Assembly: GCA_977018835.1 (NCBI GenBank) | Contig: OZ361260.1 | Coordinates: forward strand, 4,092,001-4,156,000 | Direction: 5' to 3' | From: Minutocellus sp. GHC0000111 | Lineage: Eukaryota | DNA length: 64,000 bases | Shown: positions 1 through 11,409 of the stretch, in pieces | Layout of the letters: every line of letters starts with the position of its first letter | Position numbering within the stretch: position 1 is the stretch's first letter | Program-made: the position numbers and the translations under genes | The notes under the pieces: generated by a model | What the model saw: the letters and a program-made list of their open reading frames with translations, nothing else | Told to the model about the DNA's origin: nothing | Database searches by the model: none

Positions 1-1367
1 GACCGGGCATGCAGAGCATGGCGGCACATGTTAGCAACGTTGGTGCGCTTTGCTCTCCTGAGGGTATGTGCTACCCCATCGGTGGACCACGGGCGCTCAG
101 CAAGGCTCTGGAGAGCGTGATTGTTCAGAATGGCGGCAAAGTATTGACGGGCGTTTCGATGAAGGAGTTCATCTTTGAGGAAGAGGAACAAGACGAAAAG
201 GCTACCAAAATAGAGAGCGATGGCGACAAGAAGGACGATGCCAATAAGGACCCTGCCCCACAATGCATTGGACTTATCCTTGGCGATGGTCGTGAAATCC
301 GTGTTCGCGAGGACGGCGCTGTCGTTTCCATGCTGGGTTTCATCCCAACCTTTGCCCATCTTCTCAATCCAGATGTCCGGACCAAGCATGGTGTCCCCCG
401 CGGTCTCCCTGCGCTTTCCGAGCGACGACCACTTCTCAAGATTTTGATCGGTCTCAATGGAACTGCCGATGACCTATCTCTCTCCGGTGCCGATTGGTAC
501 CGACTCCCGAATGCAAGCCGCGCCTTTGACGAGAGCGATCATATGACGGGTGGGGTCAAGCTCGGTGAAATCGGCATGGGACCTGGTAGCGGAGAAACGG
601 ATGGCGATGATGCAGGGGAAGACAGTCTTGGCTCTGCGGTTGAGTCTACCGAGACCGGTGAAGGCACTGAAAACACCGCGCGAAGAGGCAAGCACTCCAA
701 GAAGACGTCTGGAAGGCGCAATAAGTTCGACACTGGCGTTTCTTGGATCAAGGTTTCGTTTCCAAGCGCCAAGGATCCCAGTTGGCACGATCGATACGGT
801 GATATCAGTACCTGCGTTGTCACCATCGAGGCTGACGATGACTTTGTCACCAAGTTCGATTCCAAGCCAGCCATCTTTTCCAACCATAAGGTTGGAGCCG
901 ACGTGGCCCAGCGCCTTATGCAAAGGGTTCTTAAGGATGTCCTTCAGACATATCCTCAACTGGAGGGTAAGGTCGCATTCAGCAAGCTTCTTGGACCTGT
1001 TCGAGCAGGTCTCAGCCATAATCCAGAGCGATTTGCCGCCAAGGGCGTTCGACCAGAGACTCTGTATCCCGGCCTCTATGTCGGTGGGTCTGATCTTACT
1101 GTTGGTGATTCCCTCTCGGGATCAATCGTTGGTGGATGGCTGGCGGCTAATGCCGTCATGGATTACAACTTTGTCGACTACATCTTTTTGGAAAAGCACA
1201 TTGTATCTGATCTTGCTCTCTTTATGAAGAACCGCCGGCGGTCAGGGGACGACGAAATCGCCGTTCCCTTTACCCCCAAACCAGAAATGAAGAAAATCAC
1301 GGATGAACAGGAAAAGCCTGCCGGAGAAGAAGACAGCGCCCCGGCTGAGTCTTCGAAGGAGGAATGA
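1..1367 (+). CDS. FAD-dependent oxidoreductase of the retinol saturase / phytoene dehydrogenase family, 5'-partial
   Basis: Motifs YPIGGPRALSKAL and RPETLYPGLYVGGSDL...G...GG..AA match the family C-terminal half. The N-terminal Rossmann motif lies outside the window. Confidence 0.7.
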   Translation, partial: PGMQSMAAHVSNVGALCSPEGMCYPIGGPRALSKALESVIVQNGGKVLTGVSMKEFIFEEEEQDEKATKIESDGDKKDDANKDPAPQCIGLILGDGREIRVREDGAVVSMLGFIPTFAHLLNPDVRTKHGVPRGLPALSERRPLLKILIGLNGTADDLSLSGADWYRLPNASRAFDESDHMTGGVKLGEIGMGPGSGETDGDDAGEDSLGSAVESTETGEGTENTARRGKHSKKTSGRRNKFDTGVSWIKVSFPSAKDPSWHDRYGDISTCVVTIEADDDFVTKFDSKPAIFSNHKVGADVAQRLMQRVLKDVLQTYPQLEGKVAFSKLLGPVRAGLSHNPERFAAKGVRPETLYPGLYVGGSDLTVGDSLSGSIVGGWLAANAVMDYNFVDYIFLEKHIVSDLALFMKNRRRSGDDEIAVPFTPKPEMKKITDEQEKPAGEEDSAPAESSKEE

Positions 1368-1775
1368 AATGTTGAGCTAGGTACACCTTGCATAAGCTAG
1401 CCACTAGATCTAGCGAGACGTATGCTCCATACAGTGTGTATTTTTGTTTGTTATAAATCTTTACAATGGTAGAGCGCAATTGGCTGGTTAATTTTTCATG
1501 CATTTAATTGTGCCTCGCTGGATAGAGCAATATCAAACCTATTTGCTCGTACCTGCATCCCTTTTGATGTTACACCAATAATTTTACTAGCTAGATCTAT
1601 CGTTGACTTCTTGCGGGATGCCAGGTCACATGTGTGAATGTGAATATGGACTTTAAACGAAGATGAATCTAAGATCTTCTCTCTCTCTCTTTCTTTCTCA
1701 ATTTTTGATAAAAACATACAGTTGTGTTGGTGATGTTGACCCCCCTGGGTTCAAATCGGACAAGCTGTGCCATTT

Positions 1776-3510
1776 TTACATCAACGACGCAGCTTCGCCG
1801 AGAAGGCTCAAGCTGTCACGCTTGGCGGCCTTTCTGCCTCTCTTGGTGGAGCTACCACTGCTCTTACCGGCACCGGCCTTTCGCTTGCGAGGCGAGGAAG
1901 CGGCAGGGGCGGGAGCAGAAGGTGGGACAACGGTCGACGAGACGCCGCCGGCGGGACCTCCAGGAGTTCCATACACGTGCTCGGCGTTGGGGCGGATCTC
2001 CCAGCAGAATCCGATGCGGTCAAGCTGCTCGATACGGTTGGGGTTCATGCCCGACGGCTTACCTTCCCAGTAGAGCTTGTACTGACGACGCTGACACTTG
2101 ACCCTGTAAATTCAATTGAAGATGGACGTGGAATGGTGTGGAATTTGGCATTTGTCAATATTTTTCGAGTGAATCCAAACGCGCATTTCCAACTGCATGG
2201 ATAAATAGATAAACGCCGCATCAAAATGTCCAACCCATCACTTACCAAGTAGCCAACTGAGGGTTGTCGCGATAACTGCTGGGGACGAGGCAATCGCCAT
2301 GCTTCTCCCGGTACTGGACCAGCTCCTGCACCTTCTCCCTCCAGCTGACCTCGTGGGAGTCCCAAACGAATCCCGCCTCCTCCAGTATGGCCACCCGCTC
2401 GGGCGTCATGGTCGACGTCTTCCCCGTCTGCATCAGCTTGTACTGCCGGCGCTGACGCTTGACCCACCGGGCCAGCTGGGGGTTGGGATCGTACGTATGC
2501 GGGACGAGGGTGTGGCCGTTGGCGGCACGGAATTCGATCAGCTCCGTGAGCTTTTGATCCCACTTCTCCTCGTGGAAGGGTTTGAACCGACCCTCGGCAG
2601 AGGTTGCGGCAGTGTCGTTGGCTGCCGCCGACTTTTTGGGCTTCTTGGGAGTGCCCTTGCCCCTACTTTTACTGGAGGCAGCAGCTGGAGCAGCACCAGC
2701 GCCACCATCAGCAGCAGCGAGCGCATCCTGCTGCTCAATGGCGGCAGCCGCCGAGGTGAGGTCGTCCATTATATCCAAGTTGTAGGCGTTGGGACCGCCG
2801 TGAGGAGGGGCAAAGGCGAAGCTGGCCGGGTCGACGAAGCTGCTGTGGTTACTGTCAACGTCACTGACAATCGGAGGAGCCGTCAGATGAGGATGATGAG
2901 GATGGTGATGATGACTGTATGGATCCGGCGACGATTCGGCACTGGACGTCTTGGCGCTGTGGATCTGATCCGGCGATGGGGAGAGGGAGATGAGGGACGT
3001 GTTGCGGGGGAACTTGTCAAAGACCGACGGGTCGATGGTGGCGTTGACACCCTTGGGCGATTCGTCGGCTACAGCAGGCGCAACTGCCTTGAGGGACGAC
3101 GGGACGGTCGGCGGAGAGCTGTCGTGATATCCAGCCTCGGCGGCAGAAGTGTCCTGAAGCGTCTCGGGGACACCTCCGTAGGCAAATTCCTCAAAGACCT
3201 CGAGAGCGTCGGCGGCCGTGAAGCACCGAACAATGTCGTCTACGTCGGCCTGCGACTCTGGACCGAGCAGCTGGTCCAGCTGGACGTCGGAGGCGGCTTG
3301 AGCGACGGCTGGCGGGGCCGCTTGCTTTTGCTGCTGGGCGTGTGCTGTTGCCGTGTGCGTGTTGTAGGGATGTGAGTATTCCTCCACTTGGTTGTGCGAA
3401 ACTTGGGACAGGGATGTGATGAGTTGATTTCTGCTACTGCTACTGGGTACAGGTGCCGGCAATGGTTGATGCTGTTGCTGATCCTCGTCGGCGTACAGGA
3501 TGTCGTTCAT
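1776..3510 (-). CDS. Helicase-associated (HA) domain protein with two HA repeats; exons 3510-2246 and 2103-1776
   Basis: W..KL.EL..FR...GH.LVP..Y..NPQLA.WVK.QRRQYK...R...L...GF.W occurs twice. A GTAAGT...TTTACAG intron (2245-2104) rebuilds TGG and keeps frame. Probable ATG at 3510. Confidence 0.85.
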
Positions 3511-4111
3511 AAGATGTGTTCTTTCTGGGTACGAGGTCGCGGACAGCAGTTTCAGGGACCCGGTTTTCGGGTCTTTGGGCAAAATCTCATAAAAATCAGC
3601 ACAAACGCACGCAGCAAGCAGCATTTATTTGCTGTCGTCCTGTCTTCAAGATGGCGGTGACGGCAGTGCCGACGGCATCCGCTTCACGCAAGGGATAAGC
3701 GTGGTATCTCCAGAACGGGTTGGTCCTTGACCTTGGACCGACTCGGAGATATCGATTTCATCTTCCCATGCCAGCGTCTGGCCGATTCACCCCATCCATC
3801 GCCCCTCCCGACTTCTGCCAGTTTTTCCGATGACAACCGGTCACCTCCTCCACCTCCCGACCCCACCACCACCTCCCAAATGCATTGATTCAAGTAACCA
3901 TATGGTTTGAGCTCCGATATCGGTCTCCATGGTCCCCATGATGGCGTGTCTTATGCGGTCCGGGTGACCCCGCGCCAAAATCGAGTGGGCCAAAAAAATC
4001 ATCACCCGCCCGGCGCGCCCGCCACTCAATGAAACCTTCCTCATTTCCAACCCACCCGACATACAAACTGCTGCTCTACTGCCACAAAATACTGCATCCA
4101 ACACCATATTA

Positions 4112-5755
4112 ATGCAAATGGCTGTTGCTGCTGCTGCCACCGCAGCTGATGCGCCAGCATGTCGCCGCTCCCGTCGGTCCGGCAGCTCCATCCCATGCTT
4201 TGATTATTTTGTCCATCGGAGCGGCACCATCGATGCCTCTGCGATTCGTGGCAAGTCTCCTGGGATGATCCAGACCATAGCGAACCGGGCATGGGCGGGC
4301 CTCTCACTTCAGAAACAGCAGGATGTCATGGAGCAAGCCCGAGAGGAGGAGCTGTGCTGTCCGAGCCAGACCGGTTCTGATCCGGCACAAGATGTGCCGA
4401 TTTCTCAAATTCAAATTGCTCGGCGCAATTCGTCATCCAATAACGCCGATGCCAGCCCTGAGCCGACGGTCGAGGACAATGCTGGTGTCGCTGCTCGTCC
4501 TGGTGATGACAACATCGAAGCTGGGGGCATCGCCGAGTCCATGGTGGTGGATGGAAGCGGCAACAGTGAAGAATCTGGCAATCCTGCCAGTGTCGGTGTT
4601 TCTGCTGCCGGCACCGCCAATTCTGGTGGATCGACCGAGGAGAATTTGGATGTGCTGCTGGTTGAGGCCGAAGCGCAACACAAAGCTGCAGAGGAGGCTT
4701 TGAAAGGGCTAAGGGATGCCTTGAAACGAGAAAAGCGGAAGGATGAAAAGGCCATGGCCGATGCCGAGAAGAAAAGGAACAAAATGAAGGATGAGAACGG
4801 CAATTTACCGAATGGAAAGAAGCGAGTTCTCCTCGTGCATTGCGATGAGAAATGGTTCTGGGGTCTCGTCCTCCGAGCTTTTGCGAAGGCTTGCGAGGAA
4901 ATCGGCGTGAAAAAGCGAGATTACGCGGCCTTTCACAGGAGCCACATCAACAAGGTCATGGCCATTGCATTTGTTGCCGCTGTCTTTGACGGTTCTCTTG
5001 AGAGTGGGTGCGAGGTTGTAAAACTGCCACTGGTACGAGCTCAAGCTCCTAAAATGGCCGAGCGAGCTCAGTGCAAAGCAGCATCACAGCCTGATGGTTC
5101 AATGCGGCACCCAAATGCCAACCCCGATGGGACACCAAAGGAACCTCTTCGCCGGAAAGGAGAGTCGTTTCTTGTTGATTGTTGCGTTACTGGATCGAAC
5201 GAAGGCACCAAAAAGGATCCGAAATGCTCTTTGCTCCTCGTATTCAAGGAGACTATTTTCCCAGCGATTCTCAACCTTGTCGGTCCGGGCAAGCAATACG
5301 AAGATTGCCATGTTATTATCCAGGGCGACCAGGCCGGGCCTCACGAGGACGGAACCTTCACGCAATTTGTTACTAACTTCTGTGCTGAGCAAGGCTGGAC
5401 GTGGCAGCCACAGGCACCGCAGATGCCTCACGCCAACGTCCTTGACTTGAGCGTGTTCCCCGCGATGAGCCGGCGGCACTCGGAATGGGCACGAAAAATG
5501 GTAGGCACCTCCGTCATTTCCACCGACCAGATCTGGGACACTGCCGAGGACGTTTACGATAGCATGCCTAACTGCAAAATTGCTTCGGCCTTCATTCAGT
5601 ACTGGAGGAAAATGGGCCTGGTGATTAAGGCCGGTGGTAGCAATGAGTTTGTTGGAAGGTTGGGTGACGAAAACTTGCACACTGGAATTAGGATCGACTT
5701 CAACGAAACGGCCAAGGGGATGGAGCCCTCAGCTCGTCATCCTTCTAATAAATAG
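4112..5755 (+). CDS. Mariner-like DDD transposase related to the DD39D group; 38 residues between D2 and D3 here
   Basis: Motifs VHCDEKWF, IIQGDQAGPH and QAPQMPHANVLDLSVF. No evident N-terminal HTH. Start uncertain. Confidence 0.85.
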   Translation: MQMAVAAAATAADAPACRRSRRSGSSIPCFDYFVHRSGTIDASAIRGKSPGMIQTIANRAWAGLSLQKQQDVMEQAREEELCCPSQTGSDPAQDVPISQIQIARRNSSSNNADASPEPTVEDNAGVAARPGDDNIEAGGIAESMVVDGSGNSEESGNPASVGVSAAGTANSGGSTEENLDVLLVEAEAQHKAAEEALKGLRDALKREKRKDEKAMADAEKKRNKMKDENGNLPNGKKRVLLVHCDEKWFWGLVLRAFAKACEEIGVKKRDYAAFHRSHINKVMAIAFVAAVFDGSLESGCEVVKLPLVRAQAPKMAERAQCKAASQPDGSMRHPNANPDGTPKEPLRRKGESFLVDCCVTGSNEGTKKDPKCSLLLVFKETIFPAILNLVGPGKQYEDCHVIIQGDQAGPHEDGTFTQFVTNFCAEQGWTWQPQAPQMPHANVLDLSVFPAMSRRHSEWARKMVGTSVISTDQIWDTAEDVYDSMPNCKIASAFIQYWRKMGLVIKAGGSNEFVGRLGDENLHTGIRIDFNETAKGMEPSARHPSNK

Positions 5756-5850
5756 ATAGTGTTAATGTCTTTACACATGTATTAAATAAATGTTACACGT
5801 CTACAAATTATTTATAGATCTACATGTAAGATGCAGCAGCATTGGTTTGT

Positions 5851-6993
5851 TTATGTCACGGTGGGCTTCTTTGTTCTTCTATTTCTACCGGTGTTCTTTT
5901 TTGCCTCCTTGGTTTTCTTATGATCATTAGAAAGCCACACAGCGTGGAGGGACTGACGAATCTTTCCGCGCTTCACACCACATGCATCGGCAAGTTTATT
6001 GTCAGTGAGGGCAGGGTGAGCAGTTGGTTGTTTACTCCCATCCTCATATCCCAACTTATATGCATCTAATGCAATCTTGTCAGTAGATAATGCAATAGAG
6101 AATTCTATTGTCTTGTTATCACACAATCCGAGTTCTCTGCTTCTCCACCCTTTCGGGTAGGCACCACGACCCTCTCTTACTTGGCGATCGACTTCGATCG
6201 TGCCTAGCACTGTGGTGACCGCGACCTCGCTACCCCAACCAGGAACTTGTTTGAAGGGGAGGTAGACCCCTTTCTCTTTTCTTCTTGGTTCGGGCCTCTG
6301 ACTACATGTGGGTGACTTGTAGTTCTTTATGTCTTGTGGTAGTGGTGCTTCTCCGTACGTCAAAAAGCACGCAAGCCTCCGATGTTCCTCAACCTCTCGT
6401 TCAATCTGTCGTTCGGTTGGTTCGGTTGGAGGCAAGGGCTCCAAGATGGTAGGGGATGACAATTGAAGGTTGCTGAACGACGGGCATGAGCGGCTTGGGG
6501 TAAGAGCATGCTGAGTGTGAACTGACATTGGACTTGTTACCATGGGCGTGGCGGAGGGAAGGTCGAATGAGCTCACGGGCTTTCTCCTCTCGCCGCTTGG
6601 CTTTGCGTCGGCGGTTGCTATGCTCATCTCTGAGAATGAATCATCTTCATCAGAATGAGATGAAACGGCAGCGGCACCGCGAAAGTCGGCACGCAACATG
6701 TCATGATGCAAGTGCTTCCTTGCTTGGGCTTGTTCGGCGGCGAAGCCATCCTCTTCGTTGTGCTCGCGTCGACATTTCAACACACGAGGAGATGTGAGGT
6801 CTGACGATGCCGGTGGGACCCCTTGGTTGTCCTCCTCGTCATCGTTGTCCTTGTTCTCTCGACACCACGGATGTTCCGGCGTTTCGTTGGAAGTTTCCTT
6901 CTCATGGCGCGAGGGGCTGAATGCAGTCGCCTCGGCGCGTTTCGGTGGACGCAGTGGACTGAAGATGTGTCCCTTTGGAGCATCCATGAGCAT
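5851..6993 (-). CDS. Second ORF of the mariner-like element: disordered N-terminus, possible C-terminal helix-turn-helix
   Basis: Open frame of ~380 codons from ATG 6993, inside the TIRs. LTDNKLADACGVKRGKIRQSL resembles an HTH. Confidence 0.5.
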   Translation of the reverse strand: MLMDAPKGHIFSPLRPPKRAEATAFSPSRHEKETSNETPEHPWCRENKDNDDEEDNQGVPPASSDLTSPRVLKCRREHNEEDGFAAEQAQARKHLHHDMLRADFRGAAAVSSHSDEDDSFSEMSIATADAKPSGERRKPVSSFDLPSATPMVTSPMSVHTQHALTPSRSCPSFSNLQLSSPTILEPLPPTEPTERQIEREVEEHRRLACFLTYGEAPLPQDIKNYKSPTCSQRPEPRRKEKGVYLPFKQVPGWGSEVAVTTVLGTIEVDRQVREGRGAYPKGWRSRELGLCDNKTIEFSIALSTDKIALDAYKLGYEDGSKQPTAHPALTDNKLADACGVKRGKIRQSLHAVWLSNDHKKTKEAKKNTGRNRRTKKPTVT

Positions 6994-8185
6994 GGAAGCT
7001 TCTTGAAGCGCCAGTTTGCAGAAGTTGCCCAGTCTATTTGTGGTAATTGCTTGGAGGTCGGTTGTTGACGGATGTGTTTTGATTTGCTTGCTTTGCCGCG
7101 TGTTTTTCAAGGTGCGCGCAAACCGCCGTGTCGGAAAGTCCAAAGACCCAAAAAACCGGGTCCCCGAAATTGCTGTCCCGGACCTCGCAAGATTGGGCTA
7201 GCTAGGAGGCCGACAAAGGATTCGGACTGAAGGTTGAGAAAGATGCGCACAGTCGAGTGTGATGATTGATGGATCCGAAGATGGATGTGCGTGTTAGGAC
7301 AAGGGAAGAGAGTCTGGAACGTCACAAATCAATCAGGGGAAGCATTTGTGTGCAGGGTGCACGATGCGTGATGAAATGCAAAAGTCAGATGACTGATCGC
7401 CGGCGATGTTGCGCTGGCGGCAATGGATCTGGCAATTGTGCTGCGGTGATGATGATCACCGAACGCTTTTGGCGGGATGGTGAAGGCGAGGTGCAAAAGA
7501 CACAAAGAATGGTAAATCCACTCACTTTCAGTTCGCGGCAGGATCTTTCTAGGTTGACTGATGGCTCCGAAGCGAGCACAGTGAAATTGCGTTCGGTGTG
7601 GATCCTGCACCATTGCTGTTGTGACCGGCTGATTGCTCCGATGCAATCCGTGCATGAGGCCTTGAAGGAGATGGCATGGGCAAAAGAGCGATTGCGACGT
7701 CGCAATGCAACCCCACACAAAACCGAGAAAGATTTTTTGTGGCAAAACTTGTTGTGTTTTGTGGAACAAAACAGCGCGCGGGTGCCAAATGACGCGCGAG
7801 CACGACGCAGAGATTTTGAGGGGAAAGTGAAAGAAACGTCTTGACATTATTTGACTTTCGATTTGGTTTCCGTTGAGATTTGGCGGGAACAAGGTGGCAG
7901 ATGATTGGAAAATTATGTAATGGCCCCTCTGACAGGCCTCGGAAAAAATCTGGATGCCGCTTCAACCTGGCCTAAGGCCCTTTTATTGCCGTGATGGGGG
8001 CCCAAGTGGCGGTGCCTACCTAATCACATTGACTAGTTGATTTTTTTAGTTTCTTTAGACTGTTTGAATTCTTAATTACACGTCACAGAGAAATAAAAGA
8101 GAAAGACAGAGACGCTGTCAGAAAGTGTGACACAAGAGACACACGCCCCGCCTGAAAGACATCCTGCAGCAGGCCTCATCCGCCA

Positions 8186-8821
8186 TTAGTCTTCATGCAA
8201 TTGCACCACTCGTTTCTTCTTGGTGGGTGGCTCGTCCTTGTCGTCGTCAGAAGAGGACGACTCGTCCGAGGATGACTTGTCGAAGCACCACGGCATGCGC
8301 TCAGCGTCGGCCAGGGCCTCGTCTTCATCATGTCGTTCGTTGTGTGAATTGGCAACAGACTCGACAGCCTCACGACCATTGGCATGCTGAATGCCATGGA
8401 CTGCACCTATCGGCACAGCATCCGATGTGTGTGGGCGGTTGATAAACGCGGGGTTAAGATGCGGCGGCGGAATGAGAGGGATTGGGGTTGGGGAGAGGAG
8501 GACGCTTTCCCTCCTTTCTCTTGCGGCGTCTTCTCTTCTTCTTCTGTTTGCCGACGGACGGAAGGAGACACATGGGATCCGAGACATTAGGAGGGGAGGG
8601 GGGAGTTGGCGAGCTTTCTTTGACGATTTCGGATTCGGCTTCCGACCACGACTGCGCTTCTTCTCGGAGGAGCCGCTTGCCTGGGCGTGGCACAGGGCAA
8701 TGTCTCGCACAAGCCTTTCCGACTCGGCGTCGGAGTCGGCGTCGGCGTCCAGATCGGTGGTGTTACAACCGCGACAAGCGGCATCGGCAGCAGCGAGACA
8801 AGCTGCGCGGGTGTTGAACAT
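8186..8821 (-). CDS. Hypothetical low-complexity protein with basic NLS-like stretches
   Basis: 211-aa ATG ORF containing KKRSRGRKP and PPTKKKR; no recognised domain. Confidence 0.4.
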   Translation of the reverse strand: MFNTRAACLAAADAACRGCNTTDLDADADSDAESERLVRDIALCHAQASGSSEKKRSRGRKPNPKSSKKARQLPPPLLMSRIPCVSFRPSANRRRREDAARERRESVLLSPTPIPLIPPPHLNPAFINRPHTSDAVPIGAVHGIQHANGREAVESVANSHNERHDEDEALADAERMPWCFDKSSSDESSSSDDDKDEPPTKKKRVVQLHED

Positions 8822-9356
8822 TCGCTCATTTTTGTTCGATGATTGGCATGCGTGCCATGCGGCGAGGCTTGGTACAAGCTAGCATGCACATGCTAGCACA
8901 GGCCGGTGCAGACGGCAAGGTGGAGCGGTTGGATGGGGGCCGTCATGAGGGCAAGAAACGGACGGCCAGAAAGACTGCTGACAAAAAGGAGGTAGCGCGG
9001 GTTTTCCGCGTTTCTGAGTTTATTTAGCAAATTTTGCTTCAGAAACCAAAGCAAAGGTCAGAAAGTCGGTATGCTTTTTTACAGAAATGAATATTTTTAT
9101 GTTTCAACGTCATTAGTCAGTTGTGTCAGAATTTTGGGGAGTTCGTTACATTTTACTGCACTGTAAGTAGCCCCGTCATTGGAACATTCCCAAGTGGCCT
9201 ACGACGTCCGCTGGACATCATGGGCTATTGATTTGGCGCCGCTCTCCTGCGAGCTGGCATCGCTTTCCGATTTCCGAGTCTACCTGTTCGATGTTCAAAA
9301 CAATCGTTTGCTTTTTCGGCAGGAGAGAAGTTCAAATTCTAAAATGAATAAATTGC

Positions 9357-9821
9357 TTGCTCTGTTTTCGTAAGAGGGACAACATTTATCAATTGCAATT
9401 GATCGGCGAACCACCTAAGAATCCACATGTTTTGAAGAAAGAATGCAGTTACGACAAGGCTAAAACAGTAGGGACATCTCCATGTGCCCCGAACGACGAT
9501 GCCAACAAAATCTTCACTGCCCAGGAGATGGAAAGTCTCTTCGTCGATGCGTCCTTCTTCTCCAAACTGGGCTTCCTCCAGCCACCGTCGTGCATCACGT
9601 GCGCATATCGCCATGCCCATCAAGGCACGGACTATCAGGATGCCATCGACGCCAAAGGTTGCAATTGCTTCGTCCTCTGGAGGAAGGATACGGCCATACC
9701 AGTCCATCCGGACAACATACACTCGAATATGCTCGTCGTCACGTGCCAGACCGCCAAGAATCTTCTGCGAGGTGAAAGCGAGGATGCTGGTCTTACAAAG
9801 AACAAGCCTGGACTCTTCTAA
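9357..9821 (+). CDS. Cys/His-motif protein, shorter and possibly degenerate paralog of 10376-11050
   Basis: Shares LGFLQ.PSC..C.YR.AH.G, AKGC...VLWRKDT..P.HPDN and TC.TAK.L.RGE with its neighbour; no clear in-frame ATG. Confidence 0.55.
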   Translation: MLCFRKRDNIYQLQLIGEPPKNPHVLKKECSYDKAKTVGTSPCAPNDDANKIFTAQEMESLFVDASFFSKLGFLQPPSCITCAYRHAHQGTDYQDAIDAKGCNCFVLWRKDTAIPVHPDNIHSNMLVVTCQTAKNLLRGESEDAGLTKNKPGLF

Positions 9822-10375
9822 AAAGAGGCGAAAGACAAAGCTTACATATTGCATATGTATGCTCCGCGTTGCCGGTAAATTTGCATTGTCATTTGTTGGT
9901 TTCGCATCGTAATGCCACCGGTACAATCTACAATATATCTAGCTACGCGTCAGACAGATAACTGATCTCGACCCCCTTGTCGAAACCCCCGCCCCATCGA
10001 TAACGATAGGCGCAACGATTGTAAGAGTAATACTACGTAGTAGTTCCGCTGTTAATGTCAATTAACAAAGCGAAATACTCCATCCAAGCAATTTGGAAAG
10101 AAAATACCCCCGTTCTTTGGCCCGTGATCTCGCGTAAAATTTCAGTTCTTCGGTGTGCTCTAAGCTTTCAATTCCCCCCATGATATTGCGATTAGCTTTC
10201 AGTTCCGAAGAAAGTAAATCAGATCTACTTCAAAACACAAATTTATCAGAAATTAGCCAGTATGATCGAATGTTTTCCGTTGTTGTTGATGATGTGCGGC
10301 ATTGGCACAAATCGCCTCGAACACATCGGAATGCGTGCGTGTTATTGTGATAACAAGCATCCATGTTGCATAAGG

Positions 10376-11050
10376 TCAATTGCAGACCATCTTTTGAGAA
10401 TTCTTATCCCAGCGGTACCCACCCACAACTTCACCGCGCATCAAGGCCTTGGCCGTGGCGCACGTGATAACGACCGAATTGGTTTGCATGTTATCGGGAT
10501 GAATCGGGAGTTCCGTGTCCTTCCTCCACAATACGAGCCTGCCGCATCCCTTGGCAGCGACGGTATCCCGGTAGTGAACTCCTGCATGTGCATCCCGATA
10601 TTCACACTTGAGGCACGACGGTGCCTGGAGGAACCCCAGCCGGGCATAGAACGTCGTGTCGATGAAGAGATGTTCCAGTTCCTTCCTGGTGAGCGTGTTG
10701 GCCGCCTGTGCTGGAGTGCAGACTGGAATGGGAAGTTGCGGTATCTTTTCATCGTCATCTTTGTTTCCCCCTGGCATCATCCATGGCTCGTTTGTGGACG
10801 GATCGGCGCTGGGAGGCTGCTGCTGCGTTTGCTGCTCGGCCGTGCTCGGTACATCGGCAGATGGTGATCCGCCTTGCTTGGCGGTGTTGGTGGTGGTGTC
10901 CCCCCAAAAAGCGCACATATCTTCCATCCCCGTATCGGAATCGATGGCGACCGACCCATTGGTGGTGGCTGCAGGTTTGGATGTAGACTTCTTCTTCTTG
11001 CTGCCTGCAGCAGAAGCTGATGCCACGTCGTTCTTCGCTGTGCCGGACAT
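10376..11050 (-). CDS. Uncharacterised Cys/His-motif protein, putative Zn-binding
   Basis: 224-aa ATG ORF whose C-terminal domain is conserved with the convergent paralog. Confidence 0.7.
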   Translation of the reverse strand: MSGTAKNDVASASAAGSKKKKSTSKPAATTNGSVAIDSDTGMEDMCAFWGDTTTNTAKQGGSPSADVPSTAEQQTQQQPPSADPSTNEPWMMPGGNKDDDEKIPQLPIPVCTPAQAANTLTRKELEHLFIDTTFYARLGFLQAPSCLKCEYRDAHAGVHYRDTVAAKGCGRLVLWRKDTELPIHPDNMQTNSVVITCATAKALMRGEVVGGYRWDKNSQKMVCN

Positions 11051-11409
11051 CTGACTGACTTTTTTTCTTCCTCGTCGGTGAGTGAGGTGTTAATGCCCCC
11101 CCCCAAAATTACTCAATGAATGAATCCAACGGCTTGGCGATAGCAGGGTGAAGCAATGCACACCCACTGAGAAGGCTTCACGCTCTCCAAGCCAACGATC
11201 AGCAAGACCCTGCCGCGGATCCCTTGCCTCGAGCCACCTCAAACCGAATACAGTCATCTGCAGAGCCTCATCGTCAGCACGGACGCGGTCGGTCGGTGCG
11301 GTCATGGGCATTCGTCGGCGGATGGACGGCCAGACGAATTTTATCTCTATGAGGTATGAGGTAGGAATTCCTAAGCATGAACTGCAAAGCATCAACAAGC
11401 ACATGGACG

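Larger units (their letters stand above)
3532..7187 (+). mobile_element. Tc1/mariner-superfamily DNA transposon, ~3.66 kb, with ~48-bp TIRs and two convergent ORFs
   Basis: 3532-3578 (CGAGGTCGCGGACAGCAGTTTCAGGGACCCGG...) is an imperfect inverted copy of 7140-7187. Flanks are TA (3530-3531) and CA (7188-7189), and a transposase lies inside. Confidence 0.8.

Noticed and set aside
2299..3375. 358-aa plus-strand ORF and similar long antisense ORFs elsewhere
   Set aside because: Shadows of GC-rich coding sequence on the opposite strand.
7266..7965. Overlapping 110-190 aa ORFs on both strands
   Set aside because: No motifs; the region looks like promoter/UTR sequence.
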